A stretch of DNA of 34,034 bases from Antechinus flavipes. Taxonomy: Eukaryota. The translations under genes were made by a program, and so were the position numbers. This document shows positions 23,109 through 33,534 of this stretch, piece by piece. How positions within the stretch are numbered: position 1 is the first letter of the stretch; every line of letters starts with the position of its first letter. The notes under the pieces were generated by a model, which was not told the DNA's origin, did not search any database, and was given only the letters and a program-made list of their open reading frames with translations. The DNA is taken from contig NC_067401.1 in assembly GCF_016432865.1 (NCBI RefSeq), positions 379,965,967-380,000,000 on the forward strand, in the 5' to 3' direction.

Positions 23109-23311
23109 GGAATAGTTAGGTGGCACAATGGATAGAGTGCCCACACCTGAAATCAGGAAGGCCTGGGCAAGTCACTTACCTCGATTTGTTGCCTCAGTTT
23201 CCTCATCTGCAAAATGAGCCCAAGAAGGATATGACAAAGCACTACAGTATCTTTGCCAAAACTCCAAAGGAGTCACAAAGAAAGTTAGACATGACTCAAC
23301 AACAATAACAA
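23109..23311 (+). mobile_element. MAR1-type CORE-SINE
   Basis: TAGGTGGCACAATGGATAGAG head, CCTCAGTTTCCTCATCTGCAAAATGAG core, CAGTATCTTTGCCAAAAC tail, CAACAACAA end. Confidence 0.88.
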
Positions 23312-23367
23312 TATCTTAGGTACTCTACTATCCTGTAAAACTGTCGCTTTCTCTTTACTTTGGTTGT

Positions 23368-24081
23368 CCTAAATTTCTACCGTTTCCTCCTTCTTTACCT
23401 TTACCTCCTTGAATCTGTAGGTCTCTTCTTTTCAAAAGGTCTTTCCTGATCTTCCAAATTATTCTTTTTTCTATTCTTTCCCTAAACTGCTACCATTTTG
23501 TCCCTCCTTAGCTCTTCCTTCTTGAATCTGTGGGTCTCTTTTTTCTTTTTCTTTTTTTAAGTATTTTTTTATTTTGAAAAAAATTTCTTTACAACATTAT
23601 CCCTTGCACTCGCTTCTTTTCCGACTTTTCCCCTCCCTCCCACCACCCCCTCCCCTAGATGGCAAGCAGTCCTATATATGTTAAATATGTCACAGTATAT
23701 CCTAGATACAATATATGTGTGCAGAACTGAACAGTTCTCTTGTTGCACAGGAAGAATTAGATTCAGCAGGTAAAAATAACCCAGGAAGAAAAACAAAAAT
23801 GCAAACAGTTTATATTCATTTCCCAGTGTTCTTTCTTTGGGTGTAGCTGCTTCTATCCATCATTGATCAATTAAAACTGAGTTAGGTCTTCTCTTTGTAG
23901 AAGAATGTGGGTCTCTTTTTTCAAGAGGCCTTTCCTGATTTTCCAAATTATTCTTTTTTCTTTTCTTTCCCTAAATTTCTACCATTTTCTCCTTCCTTAC
24001 CCCTTTCTCTTTGAATCTGTAGGTCTCTTCTTTTCAAAAGGCCTTTCCTGGTCTTCCAAATCATTCTTTTTCTTTTCTTTC
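23368..24081. repeat. Three-copy pyrimidine-rich tandem repeat, unit about 113 bp; copy 2 split by an L1
   Basis: Copies start CCTAAA at 23368, 23481 and 23970. Each contains TTGAATCTGTRGGTCTCTT...TTTCCTG...TTCCAAAT. Copy 2 resumes after the TSD at 23906. Confidence 0.92.
23545..23905 (-). mobile_element. Young L1 3'UTR fragment (361 bp) with perfect 16-bp TSD
   Basis: The reverse complement is highly similar to the 3'UTR at 4190-4500. TGTGGGTCTCTTTTTT lies at both 23529-23544 and 23906-23921. The target on the element strand is TG/AAAAAA, close to the L1 endonuclease TT/AAAA preference. Confidence 0.95.
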
Positions 24082-24097
24082 CCACTCCTCCAAACAT

Positions 24098-24445
24098 CAA
24101 TCATCTAATCAAACATTTTTTAAGCACCTACGATATGCCAGGCACTGTGCTAAGCTTTAAAGATACAAAAAAAGAGAGGAAAAAGAGACAATCCTTGTCC
24201 TCTAGTAACTTATAATATATCAAGGAGTTGGTCTTTATTTTGCTTCTATCCTGTATAGTGCAGTTAATTTTCCCATTAAAATGAACACTTTTTAAAAAAT
24301 CTATAGGGCTTATTTCATTTTTGTCTTTGTATCTCCGGTGCCTAGTACAGTGTGGAGCACCCAGTAGGAGCTTAATACTGTTGGCTGATGAATTGTAGGC
24401 TCCAGGGTGCCTAATAACTTAATCAATACTTGTTGAATTAAATTA
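24098..24445. mobile_element. Two L2 3'-end fragments in opposite orientations (24098-24220 minus, 24312-24445 plus)
   Basis: TAAGCACCTACGATATGCCAGGCACTGTGCTAAG (minus) and TTTGTATCTCCGGTGCCTAGTACAGTG...TAGGAGCTTAATA (plus). Confidence 0.65.
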
Positions 24446-24589
24446 CATTCGCCCCTGTCCTTAGCAAAGGGATGAGCTCCACTCCTTCCCAGCCCCCAGG
24501 GATATGAAAGAAGCAAGATCTGCTTAAGCTGCTGTGTCAACACCAGCAATGATAGCAGTCTAAAATTTCAGCCACAGCCCATTAGGTGT

Positions 24590-25330
24590 TGGCTTCGAAC
24601 CAGCGGTTCAGGAGCTGAACCTTCAACCCCCAGCCCTGATTCTGCCAAGAAGTAAAAATCATGCTTCCCCAAAGGCGGAGACACATGAACAGCCCTTCCC
24701 CCATTCGTGACCCCCCACTAGACTTTGCCCAAAGCTGCGGCTCAAGTTGTCTCTTCCCAGAGCATCGTCCTGGCTGTCTCTTAGGGCTGGGGGCCCACAC
24801 CAGACGTATTTCAAGTCCTCCGTCCCCATGTATGGTCTTCCTATGGCCTCCCCCCACCCACGGGATGTTCCTCCGCATCCCGTGCCCGGGGTCCCCACGC
24901 ACCCGTCCCCCTCCCCAGGGCTTTGTGTGTGAGCATCTGCCGCTGTCGCCTGAGCAGTCCATCACGGCTTCACACCGCTGTCACCGGGAGACGTGGTGGA
25001 ACGAAAACAAAAGACGTGACAAATTTGTCCTTTTCTCTTTCATAATTAACCAAAATATCTCAGCATGTAGCGAAGCACGGCTCCTAATTAACAGACAGGC
25101 GAGAGGCGATTAAGAAAAAAGGAGGCAACCCCTTCCAACACCCCCCCCCAACAAACACATTCCTCCTACCCTCCTCTTTACCTCCCCCCCCTCATAAATT
25201 ATATTTGCAGGAGAGAATGATATTCTGGTCAGACATGACAGACAGAGAGAGCCCGGTCCCCAGTGAGGCAATTAATATTTCACACCTGCCAAAGCAAAGC
25301 GGCAACAGCCAGGGGAGGAAGAGAGGGAGG
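24590..25330. promoter_or_regulatory. CpG-island-like segment joined to a homeodomain/Meis-motif element (candidate enhancer or promoter)
   Basis: 26 CpGs in 24596-25108. TAATTAAC at 25043 and 25085, TGACAG/CTGTCA at 25236 and 24978. No repeat similarity seen. Confidence 0.55.
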
Positions 25331-25934
25331 GAAGGGGGAGCAGCTCGAGGAAGGGGGTCTGGCATTGTCACCAGGCCAAGGTTTGCAAGAGGCAAGTCCT
25401 TCTGTTGGGCTGCCCCGGGGGCAGGAGGAGTGGGCTGGCACCGGGAATACACAGGGGTTGTCCCTGGAACAAAGCCCCCTGCACCTGCTGTACTTGCTGC
25501 TGCTCTCCCAAGATCAGCAGGCACCTCGATACTCTATTGCTTCTACAATTGCAAAAGGCAAAAGATGGGGGATGGAAGGAGGGGCGGGGGGGGGGCAGAT
25601 TAGGTAGGATTTAGAGAAGGGAGGGGCAGAGAACATTAGGCAAGGAGCATAACGAGTAACAGGCTTTGGGGGAGGGGAGAAAGTTTCTGTGTGCCACGTG
25701 TCACTTCCCCCAAAAGCATTGATTGATGAGGCATCAGAAGCTGTATTTACACAGAGAGCTTTGCCCACACACTTTCTAACTGGCTAACTTGAATAAACAA
25801 ACACACTCACACACACACTGATCTACTCATACACCACTAGCTTTCTTTTGGTTGACATATAAATTAATCAATAGATGGTCATTGAGCAACTGTTTGGGGA
25901 ATTGACCAGATTCCGGGCTCCTTGAAGGATACTG

Positions 25935-26149
25935 GTGTTCAGTCCTTTCAGTCATATTCAGCTCTCTGTGACTCCATTTGGTTTTTCTTGGCAAAGATAC
26001 TGGAATGGTTTGCCATTTTCCTCCTCCGGCTCAGGAAACAGATCCAGTTGCCCAGGATCACACAGCTAATAAGTCCATGAAGTCACATTTGAACTCAGTT
26101 CCTCCTGACTCCAGCCCCAATGCTCTATCCGTTTGGAAACCTAGTTGTC
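25935..26149 (-). mobile_element. MAR1-type CORE-SINE
   Basis: TTCTTGGCAAAGATACTGGAATGGTTTGCCATTT (tail, reverse complement) and TTTGAACTCAG...CCTGACTCCAG (head, reverse complement). Confidence 0.85.
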
Positions 26150-26150
26150 T

Positions 26151-26184
26151 ATTATTATTATTATTATCATCATCATCATCATCA
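26151..26184. repeat. Compound (ATT)n(CAT)n microsatellite between two SINEs
   Basis: ATTATTATTATTATTATCATCATCATCATCATCA. Confidence 0.9.
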
Positions 26185-26322
26185 TTTTGTTGTTACTGAG
26201 GCAATTGAGGTTAAGTGATTTGCCCAATGTCACACAGCCAGGAAGTGGTAAAGTCAAATTTGAACTCAGGTCCGTCTGACTTCAGGGTTGGTGCTCTATC
26301 CACTACACCAACTAGCTGCCCC
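26185..26322 (-). mobile_element. WSINE1-like SINE
   Basis: The minus strand runs GGGGCAGCTAG...GGATAGAGCACCAACCCTGAAGTCAG...CACTTAACCTCAATTGCCTCAG plus an A-rich tail. Confidence 0.9.
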
Positions 26323-26339
26323 AACTTAGTTATCTTCTT

Positions 26340-26660
26340 GAGGGACACAAATATAAAGATTGGCCCAGGACCTCCAGGAGAGTTCAGTTTAATCAAGAGA
26401 GAACAGACATAATACACATGAAAAGTTAGCTAACAAGACAGGATAGAATGTAGGATTATAGGTCAGAAAATTTAGAGCTGGAAAGGAGTCAGATGTTATG
26501 TGCCACATTAAGTGCCATCTCCAGTAAGTTTTATGGGAGTTCAGAGGAGGGAGAGATGACTTTGGACTAGAGAGGGTTTCATGGAAGTAAAGTTTGAACT
26601 GGGTTCTAAAGCATATTTAGAATTTTGCTAGGTTGAGGCAGGAAGTGGGGTTTATGCTCT
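26340..26660 (-). mobile_element. LINE-2 fragment
   Basis: GGAGTTCAGAGGAGGGAGAGATGAC...TTTGAACTGGGTTCTAAAG resembles L2 reverse strand. Probably continues at about 27130-27480 around the WSINE1. Confidence 0.5.
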
Positions 26661-26719
26661 GGGGAATCTGTTAAGTGCATTGAATGGTGTTTGTCAACTA
26701 TTGTAGAAAGGAGTCCTAA

Positions 26720-26955
26720 CCAATACAACGAAGTGAGTGGAACCAGAAGAACAATTTATATTATAACAATAGCATCATAAAAAAAAAAAACAACTTGGAA
26801 AGTCTTGAGAATGCAACTATTCTAGAAGACTAATAATGATGAAGTGGGCTTATTCACCTTCTAGGAGATGGGTAATGGATTCAAGATGCATAGTGAGATA
26901 CACAATTTTGAATATAGACAATGTAGAAATTCTGTGTTCTGCTTGACTGTTTGCC
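26720..26955 (+). mobile_element. Ancient marsupial L1 3' fragment
   Basis: GAAGTGAGTGGAACCAGAAGAACAATTTATATTATAACA resembles the ORF2-end/3'UTR junction of old marsupial L1. Heavily decayed. Confidence 0.65.
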
Positions 26956-27230
26956 TCACCAAAAAAAAAAAAAAAATCCTAATTTGGATAGGAGATAAAA
27001 CAGAATCATTATTAAGGTCCCTTCAGTTATAAGACTCAGATTCTGCATTTCTACTACCAATATTAAAGGACGAGGAAAAGCCCAATCTGGAAGGAGTAGG
27101 ATTGTCTTTGTAATGGGAGAAAACTTTGGAGAGATTTCACTAGGTGTAGTCAATTATAGAGAATCTTGAAAGCTAAGCTGAAAAGTTTGAACTTTATTCT
27201 ATAGGCAATATAGAGCTTTATTAGGTTTTT

Positions 27231-27389
27231 TGTTGTTGTTTTCTTGTTTTTTCCCTGAAGCAATTGAGGTTAAGTGACTTGCCCAGGGTCACAAAACTAG
27301 GAGGTGTTAAGTATCTGAGGTCAGATTTGAACTCAGATCCTCCTGACTTCTGGACTGGTGCCCTATACACTGTGATACCTAACTGCCCC
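27231..27389 (-). mobile_element. WSINE1-like SINE inserted in an L2 fragment
   Basis: Full head-core-tail layout. Decayed TSD TTTATTAGGTTTTT (27217-27230) / TACACTAGGTTTTT (27390-27403), 11/14. Confidence 0.9.
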
Positions 27390-28224
27390 TACACTAGGTT
27401 TTTGATGTAAGGAAAGTGTTTTAGGAAAACAAATTTGGTAGCAATGTTTAGGATAGATCAAAGTTAAGGGAGAGGAGAAGTAGGGGGATCAATTATAAAA
27501 CAGCCTTATGCAGATTATACTTCAAGATTATAGAACAGTTTCTTTATAACAACCTTATAAAATATATGTTTTTTTAAAGTTTTATTTCCATTTTAGAGAT
27601 GCAGAAACTGAGATTCAATGAGAATTGTATGCAATGCTGAGTATTATTCCCTAGAAACCAGGAGATGAAATACTGGTTTCTTTTTTAAATATAGAAGTAA
27701 GAGGCTTTGTGAACAGTGTTGTGTATATTGTCAGATACAATCTTCTTGTCTGCCATTTTTACTTCCATGCTTTCATTACTAAGAAGTTAATGGAAGACAA
27801 AAAGCAAAAACAAAAAACTAAAAGGTTTGTAGTTTGCCTAGGGTTACATAACCAGTAAATGCCAGTATGTGAAACCATACTTCTGATTCCACATCTAAAG
27901 CTCTTTCTCCTATATGAGTGTCTCTCCATTAGAAAGCTAAATGGCAAGTTTGAAATGCTAGATATGACCTAGGCCAATAGTTAAAAAAGAAGAAACCAAT
28001 GCAATAGACATTATGCTTTAAAACTTCAATGGAACCATGTTATTATCATTGTAGGTATTCCCTCTACCAGACCATAACCCACCCACACCACTTCATCTTG
28101 GACAGCTCTCATCAGTGTTCATCACAGTGTACCCATCCAACCAAGAAGGTCTTCTTCTAGGTCTATAACTTTCAAACACAAAAATTCCTTTATGAGCAAG
28201 ACAGACAGAAAGAGGCAGAAAGAC

Positions 28225-28228
<4 letters not shown>

Positions 28229-28282
<54 letters not shown>
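28229..28282. repeat. (AG)27 microsatellite
   Basis: Perfect AG run seen directly. Confidence 0.97.
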
Positions 28283-28284
<2 letters not shown>

Positions 28285-28637
28285 TGTGAGTCAGTCTTCA
28301 GAGGAATGGTTGATACTCCTTCTTCCTCAGGATTCCAGGGGTAACTCTGTGGGCTTGGGACTTCTAAGGCTATGTCCCACAAGATCCCATTAGTATATCC
28401 CCCACATCAATTAACCACTTAATATCAATTAGCTTTTATAGAAGAATGTTTACTAAAAAGATAGAGCAAGGACAAAATTTACAAAGCCATTTCCAAATAA
28501 GAGACACAATCCCTTACACAAAGACACCTAGGTACCCATATAAGGAATCTGTATACCCAGCAGATACCTCTTGGCTTTGGAAGCCGTTTTCTCCTCTCTA
28601 AGAGGCCCTGCCAAGTTCAGTTCTGGGTATAGTATAG

Positions 28638-28986
28638 TGTAAAGGGCTGAAACTGAGTAGATGCACTGGAATGAGACAACTGAGCACTTACAGCTAATTA
28701 TTCATTGGACAATACTCTATTAGCATATGCTTGGAAAATGGCCCTTCCCACTATTCTGTGCTGGCTCGATCTTTTAGTGCATATAGAGAATTGTAGGAGG
28801 GATTAGGGGGTGGAGTAAGACAAGCCAGGGTCACTTTTGCTATGGAAGAGGAGAAGAGAGGTCGTGGAGATCTTGTGTCCATTCCTTTCACTTCTACCCC
28901 TAAAAACCAAGACTAAAGACAAGGACTTTTGCTTATCTGACTCCGGCTGATTCTAAGGCATCCAGGGTGCTAACCCGGACTTCAGA
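28638..28986 (+). mobile_element. Solo ERV LTR (about 349 bp) with probable 6-bp TSD
   Basis: Starts TGTAAAGGGCTGAAAC and ends GGACTTCAGA (terminal CA inferred to have mutated to GA). GTATAG flanks both sides (28632-28637, 28987-28992). Poly(A)-signal variant ACTAAA at 28912-28917. Resembles dasyurid LTRs as I recall them. Confidence 0.8.
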
Positions 28987-29237
28987 GTATAGCCACTGGA
29001 CAAAGTCATGTCATTTATTTCAGGACATGGTGTTTCAGCTTCTGAGTCAATTTTCTGCTAGCTTGGGCCAAACAGGCTACCATCTAACTATGTAGGCTTC
29101 TCACTGAACTCAGCTGCTTCTGCCATTGGCTCCAGACTCTGGATGCTGGTAGGACTTTGATGGATTTTTTCAGCTTCACCCTTGACTTAGAAAATCACAT
29201 CTCAGAAAACTGCAAAGTTTTTTCAATGACTCCAAAC

Positions 29238-29380
29238 NNNNNNNNNNNNNNNNNNNNNNNNNNNNNNNNNNNNNNNNNNNNNNNNNNNNNNNNNNNNNNN
29301 NNNNNNNNNNNNNNNNNNNNNNNNNNNNNNNNNNNNNNNNNNNNNNNNNNNNNNNNNNNNNNNNNNNNNNNNNNNNNNNN
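29238..29380. other. Assembly gap (143 N)
   Basis: N-run. Confidence 1.
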
Positions 29381-29760
29381 AGAAAAATCAGAACAAAAGG
29401 GGAAAACCACAAGAAACAAAGAAGAAAGAAAAAAAGATGAAAGTATTATCCTTCGATCTACATTCTGTCTCCATAGCTCTCCCTGAATGCAGAGAGCATT
29501 TTCCAATCAAAGTTTATTGGAATTGCTTTGGATCACTGAATTACTGAGAAGAAGCAAGTCTATCATAGCTGATCATCACATAATCTTGTTGCTGTGTACA
29601 ATGTTTTCCTGGTTCTGTTTGCTTCACTCAGCATCAGTTTATGTAAATATTTCCAAGTTTTTCTAAAATCAACCTGTTCATTATTTTTATAGAACAATAA
29701 TATTGCATTACTTTCATGTACCATAACATATTCAGTCATTCCAAAACTGATGGGCATCTA
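29381..29760 (-). mobile_element. Old LINE-1 fragment (ORF2 end/3'UTR), cut by an assembly gap
   Basis: The minus-strand translation resembles the L1 ORF2 terminus (FYKNNEQVDFRKTWKYLHKLMLSEANRTRKTLYT). Confidence 0.88.
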
Positions 29761-29894
29761 GCTACTCATTTTCCAATTCTTTAAAGCTTACCTTTTTAAT
29801 CTCAATGTTTTCCAGAGTATGCTGTATGGCTGGGAGTTATTAATCACTACAGTCTCTGAAGTACTGAGGTTGAAAACAACCCAGAGCATCATGG

Positions 29895-30385
29895 GGATAC
29901 ATATTGTGGGTAGGAGTGCCATTGGGTGGCACTGAAGTGGCACCTTGGAATTAATGGAAAGACTTGTCCGTTAGTTGTGCTATACCCAGAAGTTAATTTG
30001 GTGAAGATTTCTTGAAAGGAAAAAAGGTTCCTGGAGCCAAGAAATACCCCTTGGGCATACATGTTTCCTACATGAATGCTACACATGATAAAAAGAATTA
30101 TGTATGAGGAAGTGCAAAGGATATCATCAAAGGAATGTGTACTAGAGAAAAAAAGATGGTGGAACCTGTAAAGAGAATGAGAAATAACCATTGGACAATC
30201 CAAGTACTCCATTATTTTCCCATCAGTGTTCAGAGAATTTAAGGAAAACTGTATACACATTGACCCTCTATGGGAAATCTGGGGGGCATGGACAAAATTC
30301 TAATTACATAGGCAGGCCCGAATGGTTTTAATCTGCATCCTTGAAGGAAATACCCACAACAAGATAATAATTCTATGGAAGTATT
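29895..30385 (+). mobile_element. RTE-derived non-autonomous element (WALLSI3/RTESINE-like)
   Basis: 30175-30240 translates RMRNNHWTIQVLHYFPISVQR, resembling the RTE ORF terminus (DNRWT..VL.WYP...KR). The 5' part resembles marsupial RTE-SINE heads (recalled). Confidence 0.65.
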
Positions 30386-30669
30386 AGAGTCAAATGCCAT
30401 TTTATAATTAACAATAAGTATGGTGGGAACTCTCATTCCCTTAGCTTTTCAGTTAGTTGTAAAGCTGCGAAGCTATGTGCTACTCTGGAAAATTATTTCT
30501 TGAAGACTGCCTCTGAAAATGTGTTTTCTAAGATCCCATATTATCACACAAGCCATCAAACTCACGTAATAATGTAATAAAGTGACCGGAGAAATAAAGG
30601 AATCTGCTCTTGCAACTGGGCTCTAGGTCTAACACCCTGGAGTTTTCCTTCCTTCAATTATTTAACTTG

Positions 30670-30870
30670 AAAGCCAGCATAGCATAAACATAGAGCACTG
30701 AACCTGGAACAAGAACGGAATCTCAATTCTTCTTCATTGAGCAAATGACCCTGACACTGGACAAATTCCTTCGCTTTTCGGAACCTCAGTTTTTTCACTT
30801 GTGAAATGAAGGAGCTAAATTAGTTGATTTCAAAGGCACCTTGCAATTCAAAATCTAGTGATCCTGTGAT
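30670..30870 (+). mobile_element. MIR3-like SINE
   Basis: ATAGAGCACTGAACCTGGAAC head, AACCTCAGTTTTTTCACTTGTGAAATGAAGG core, TAGTGATCCTGTGATC end. Confidence 0.65.
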
Positions 30871-31069
30871 CTCTTGTGGCTGGCACCCATTACCGCTGAA
30901 ATTTGTCCCTATTCTTACCACTAGTTTATATACCCAGCTTTCAAACAGATGCGCATTCCCTTCTCCTAATTTGTTTCCTCCTGTTGAGCTTAAAACAGTA
31001 GAGGGTTTTGTCAAAAATAATTTTACAAGTACACCCATCAATAAATCAATCAGCAAGCATATATATGTG

Positions 31070-31072
<3 letters not shown>

Positions 31073-31102
<30 letters not shown>
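31073..31102. repeat. (AC)15 microsatellite
   Basis: Perfect AC run seen directly. Confidence 0.95.
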
Positions 31103-31103
<1 letters not shown>

Positions 31104-31104
<1 letters not shown>

Positions 31105-31306
31105 TGCTTGTGTTATAAAGACAAAAATGAAACATTCTCTATACTCCTTTATTAGAGAATGAAACATATGAATATAAATATACATACAGACATATATAGA
31201 CACAGATGACAGACAGATGTGGTTCTATACTAGGTGCTTGTGTTATAAAGATAAAAATGAAACATTCTCTATATTCCTTTATTAGAGAATGAAACATATG
31301 AATATA
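31104..31306. repeat. Direct duplication, 73 bp at 71/73 identity, 130-bp period
   Basis: 31104-31176 versus 31234-31306 (GTGCTTGTGTTATAAAGAYAAAAATGAAACATTCTCTATAYTCC...GAATATA). Confidence 0.95.
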
Positions 31307-32174
31307 TACATACACACACACATACACACACACAAAATAAATAATATAAAAGAAGAAAGGTAAAATAGATACAAGCTTACAGTGCATAGAATTATTGAAA
31401 AGAGCCTTGGAATCTTATTCTAAAATCCCCTTTAATCTAGTAACAAATGGTTGGCACAAGTTTCCAGGATTACTCAGCCTTCACCCCATCTAACAGACCT
31501 CTGGGCCTGACTTTGCCACATTGGAAGCCAATATGCTGATACTTAGCTTACTCCAGAGGAACTCTCATTTTCCTTTGGGATTCAAAGTTGGTGCCCCCGA
31601 CATGGTCTCTTCCCATCAATCCAAGGGGCAGTGTCCATAAGTATTCTAAATCTTCCCTATTAGAAAGGCTCCAAAGCACCCCCCTCCTCAACCAGCTAAT
31701 GGTGGGTAAGTCATGATTCATAACCCCCTCCCAGCAAGGTGCCCTCCCGAAAGCCCCGAACCAACTGGCAGTGTCTATCATGCATCAATAGTCACATTCA
31801 GTCCTCACTAATACTAAGGAAAGGATCATTTCATCTCAGGAAATACTGTTGAGAAAGGCTCTCAGGATTATCAGACACCATTCCATAATCTGGTAATGAG
31901 GAAGGGAGAAGTAAGGAGGGAGCAGAGGGAAGGGAGTCTGGGCTACGGAAATCTTTCTAATCCCTTCCTTATTTTGGTGCTTTACTGGTTGGATATGCTA
32001 AGCTTTTGAGTAAGGAGACATGACTATCCATCTTGGATCTCATAGGAACGACCCCTTAAGCAAGTCGTTTAACATCTTTAAAATCCATTTTTTTAATCTA
32101 AAAAAATGTAAATAATAATATTTGTCATAACATCCCTTCTTTTTTTTTTTTTTTTTGAAGAAGAAGAAGAAGTG

Positions 32175-32343
32175 GGGGACTGCAGGTGTGCAATGATACA
32201 CTGCCAGACTTAGCTGGTATGTTCGTTTTCTGGAATGTCTTTTTTTTTTTTAACTCTTATTTTTCCCTAGATCTGGGTAGGGAGAGATATTTTGAAAGGA
32301 AGGTGATGCAAAATCAATAGATATTAATAAAACTTAAATTTTA
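32175..32343 (+). mobile_element. Ancient L1 3' terminal fragment
   Basis: GAAGGTGATGCAAAATCAATAGATATTAATAAAA terminus typical of old marsupial L1 3'UTRs (recalled consensus). Confidence 0.55.
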
Positions 32344-32924
32344 AAGTATTTAAATTATCTACCTTATAGTACTATTATCCAGAAATATGGTAAACTTTGA
32401 AACATTATATAAATACAAGATATTCTTATTGAAACTGGTCATTCCTAGCCTCTCTTTGTAAACTTTCCTACACACTGCTACCAGATTAATCTTCTTAAAT
32501 CAACACTTTCATTTCATCATTTCTCTATTTTAAAAATCTATCTTGGATCTACATTACCTATCTAATGAGGTCCAAACTCTCTAGCCTGCTCTGAAATGAT
32601 AGCAGTTGGTATTCACCACTGGTTCTTATAGAAACCAACAGGGATATTCCATTTTGCATGCTGCCTTGAATTTGCTGGTCAATGAAGGGTAGAAAAAAAC
32701 TCCTGAAAGAGTTCATCCCAAAGATCTGTCTCAAAACAAGGTCTGGGATCAGGAATCTCAAAAAGTCAGGCAGTCAAAATACAACAGATATTTTGTCAGA
32801 CACTTGCTATGTGCTAGATACTGGAGGGATACATGGTATGAAAGATGGTCTCTGTCCTCTGGAAATTTACCATCTAGTCAACAGAAATTAAGCCTATAGC
32901 TCCTAACCAGAGGACCTGACAACA

Positions 32925-33040
32925 CTTTCTTCCTTCCTCTCTCTCTCCTTCTCTTCTTTTCTTCCTTCTTTTCCTTCTTCCTTCCTCCCTCCCTTCTTCC
33001 CTCCTTTCCTTTACCCTCCCCTTTCTTTCTTCCTCTAGAT
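32925..33040. repeat. CT-rich low-complexity tract
   Basis: Almost pure pyrimidine run. Confidence 0.85.
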
Positions 33041-33269
33041 TCCTTTCTGAAAGACCAAGCCTTAAACCCAAATCAGCCTCTCCTTGAATGGCCAGTATCA
33101 GATCCTAGTCCAAACCCACTGGATCTTTGTTTTGGCCCAGATTGCCTCATAGTAAAAGTAAATAATAGTTGTGGCCTTTTTGGCCAAAAGCCCTGAGGGT
33201 CTTCGACTCCCAAACATTTATCTGCTTATTTGTTTTTTTTATTTTGACTAAATGTCTTTCTTTTCTTTC

Positions 33270-33513
33270 TTACCTAGCCTTAATCACTGAATGGGTGTTG
33301 TCTCAAACTGAGACCTGCTGAAGAATTTAGCTTCAAAAGGCCAAGGTCTCCCACTGCATCCTGGGTCCTCTCCAGTTGTCTTGATCTATACCTGGCCACT
33401 AGAGCCAGACGATTCCACAAGAGAGAGATGGTGATTTTGCAGTCTCCTTCATTCAAATCCAATTCACTTACATGTCACAACATCAACTTCCAAAACAATG
33501 GACAAACAACAGC
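33270..33513 (+). mobile_element. WALLSI1-like RTE-mobilised SINE
   Basis: CAAACTGAGACCTG...AAAAGGCCAAGGTCTCCCACTGCATCC...AAATCCAATTCACTT and terminal GGACAAACAAC match the recalled WALLSI1 consensus, with an internal deletion near the 3' end. Confidence 0.8.
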
Positions 33514-33534
33514 AAGTACAGATATGAGTGAAAT

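Larger units (their letters stand above)
28128..29237 (-). mobile_element. Possible older LTR-like host element interrupted by the solo LTR; right boundary unresolved
   Basis: On the minus strand: TATAAAA (28434-28440), a (CT)n tract, CATAAA (28189-28194) and a terminal GGGTACA at 28128, which is the U3-R-U5 order. No matching TG start or TSD found. Confidence 0.35.

Noticed and set aside
25018-25029. 12-bp palindromes GACAAATTTGTC (and CCACACGTGTGG at 598-609)
   Set aside because: Several 12-bp palindromes are expected by chance in this length.
24582-25614. Overlapping 110-150 aa ORFs in the GC-rich island
   Set aside because: ORFs occur in several frames on both strands, as expected from GC-richness. 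I recognise no domain or consistent splice structure.
30820-31387. Two minus-strand ORFs sharing the peptide IHMFHSLIKEYRECFIF
   Set aside because: The shared peptide simply reflects the 130-bp DNA duplication, not a repeat protein.
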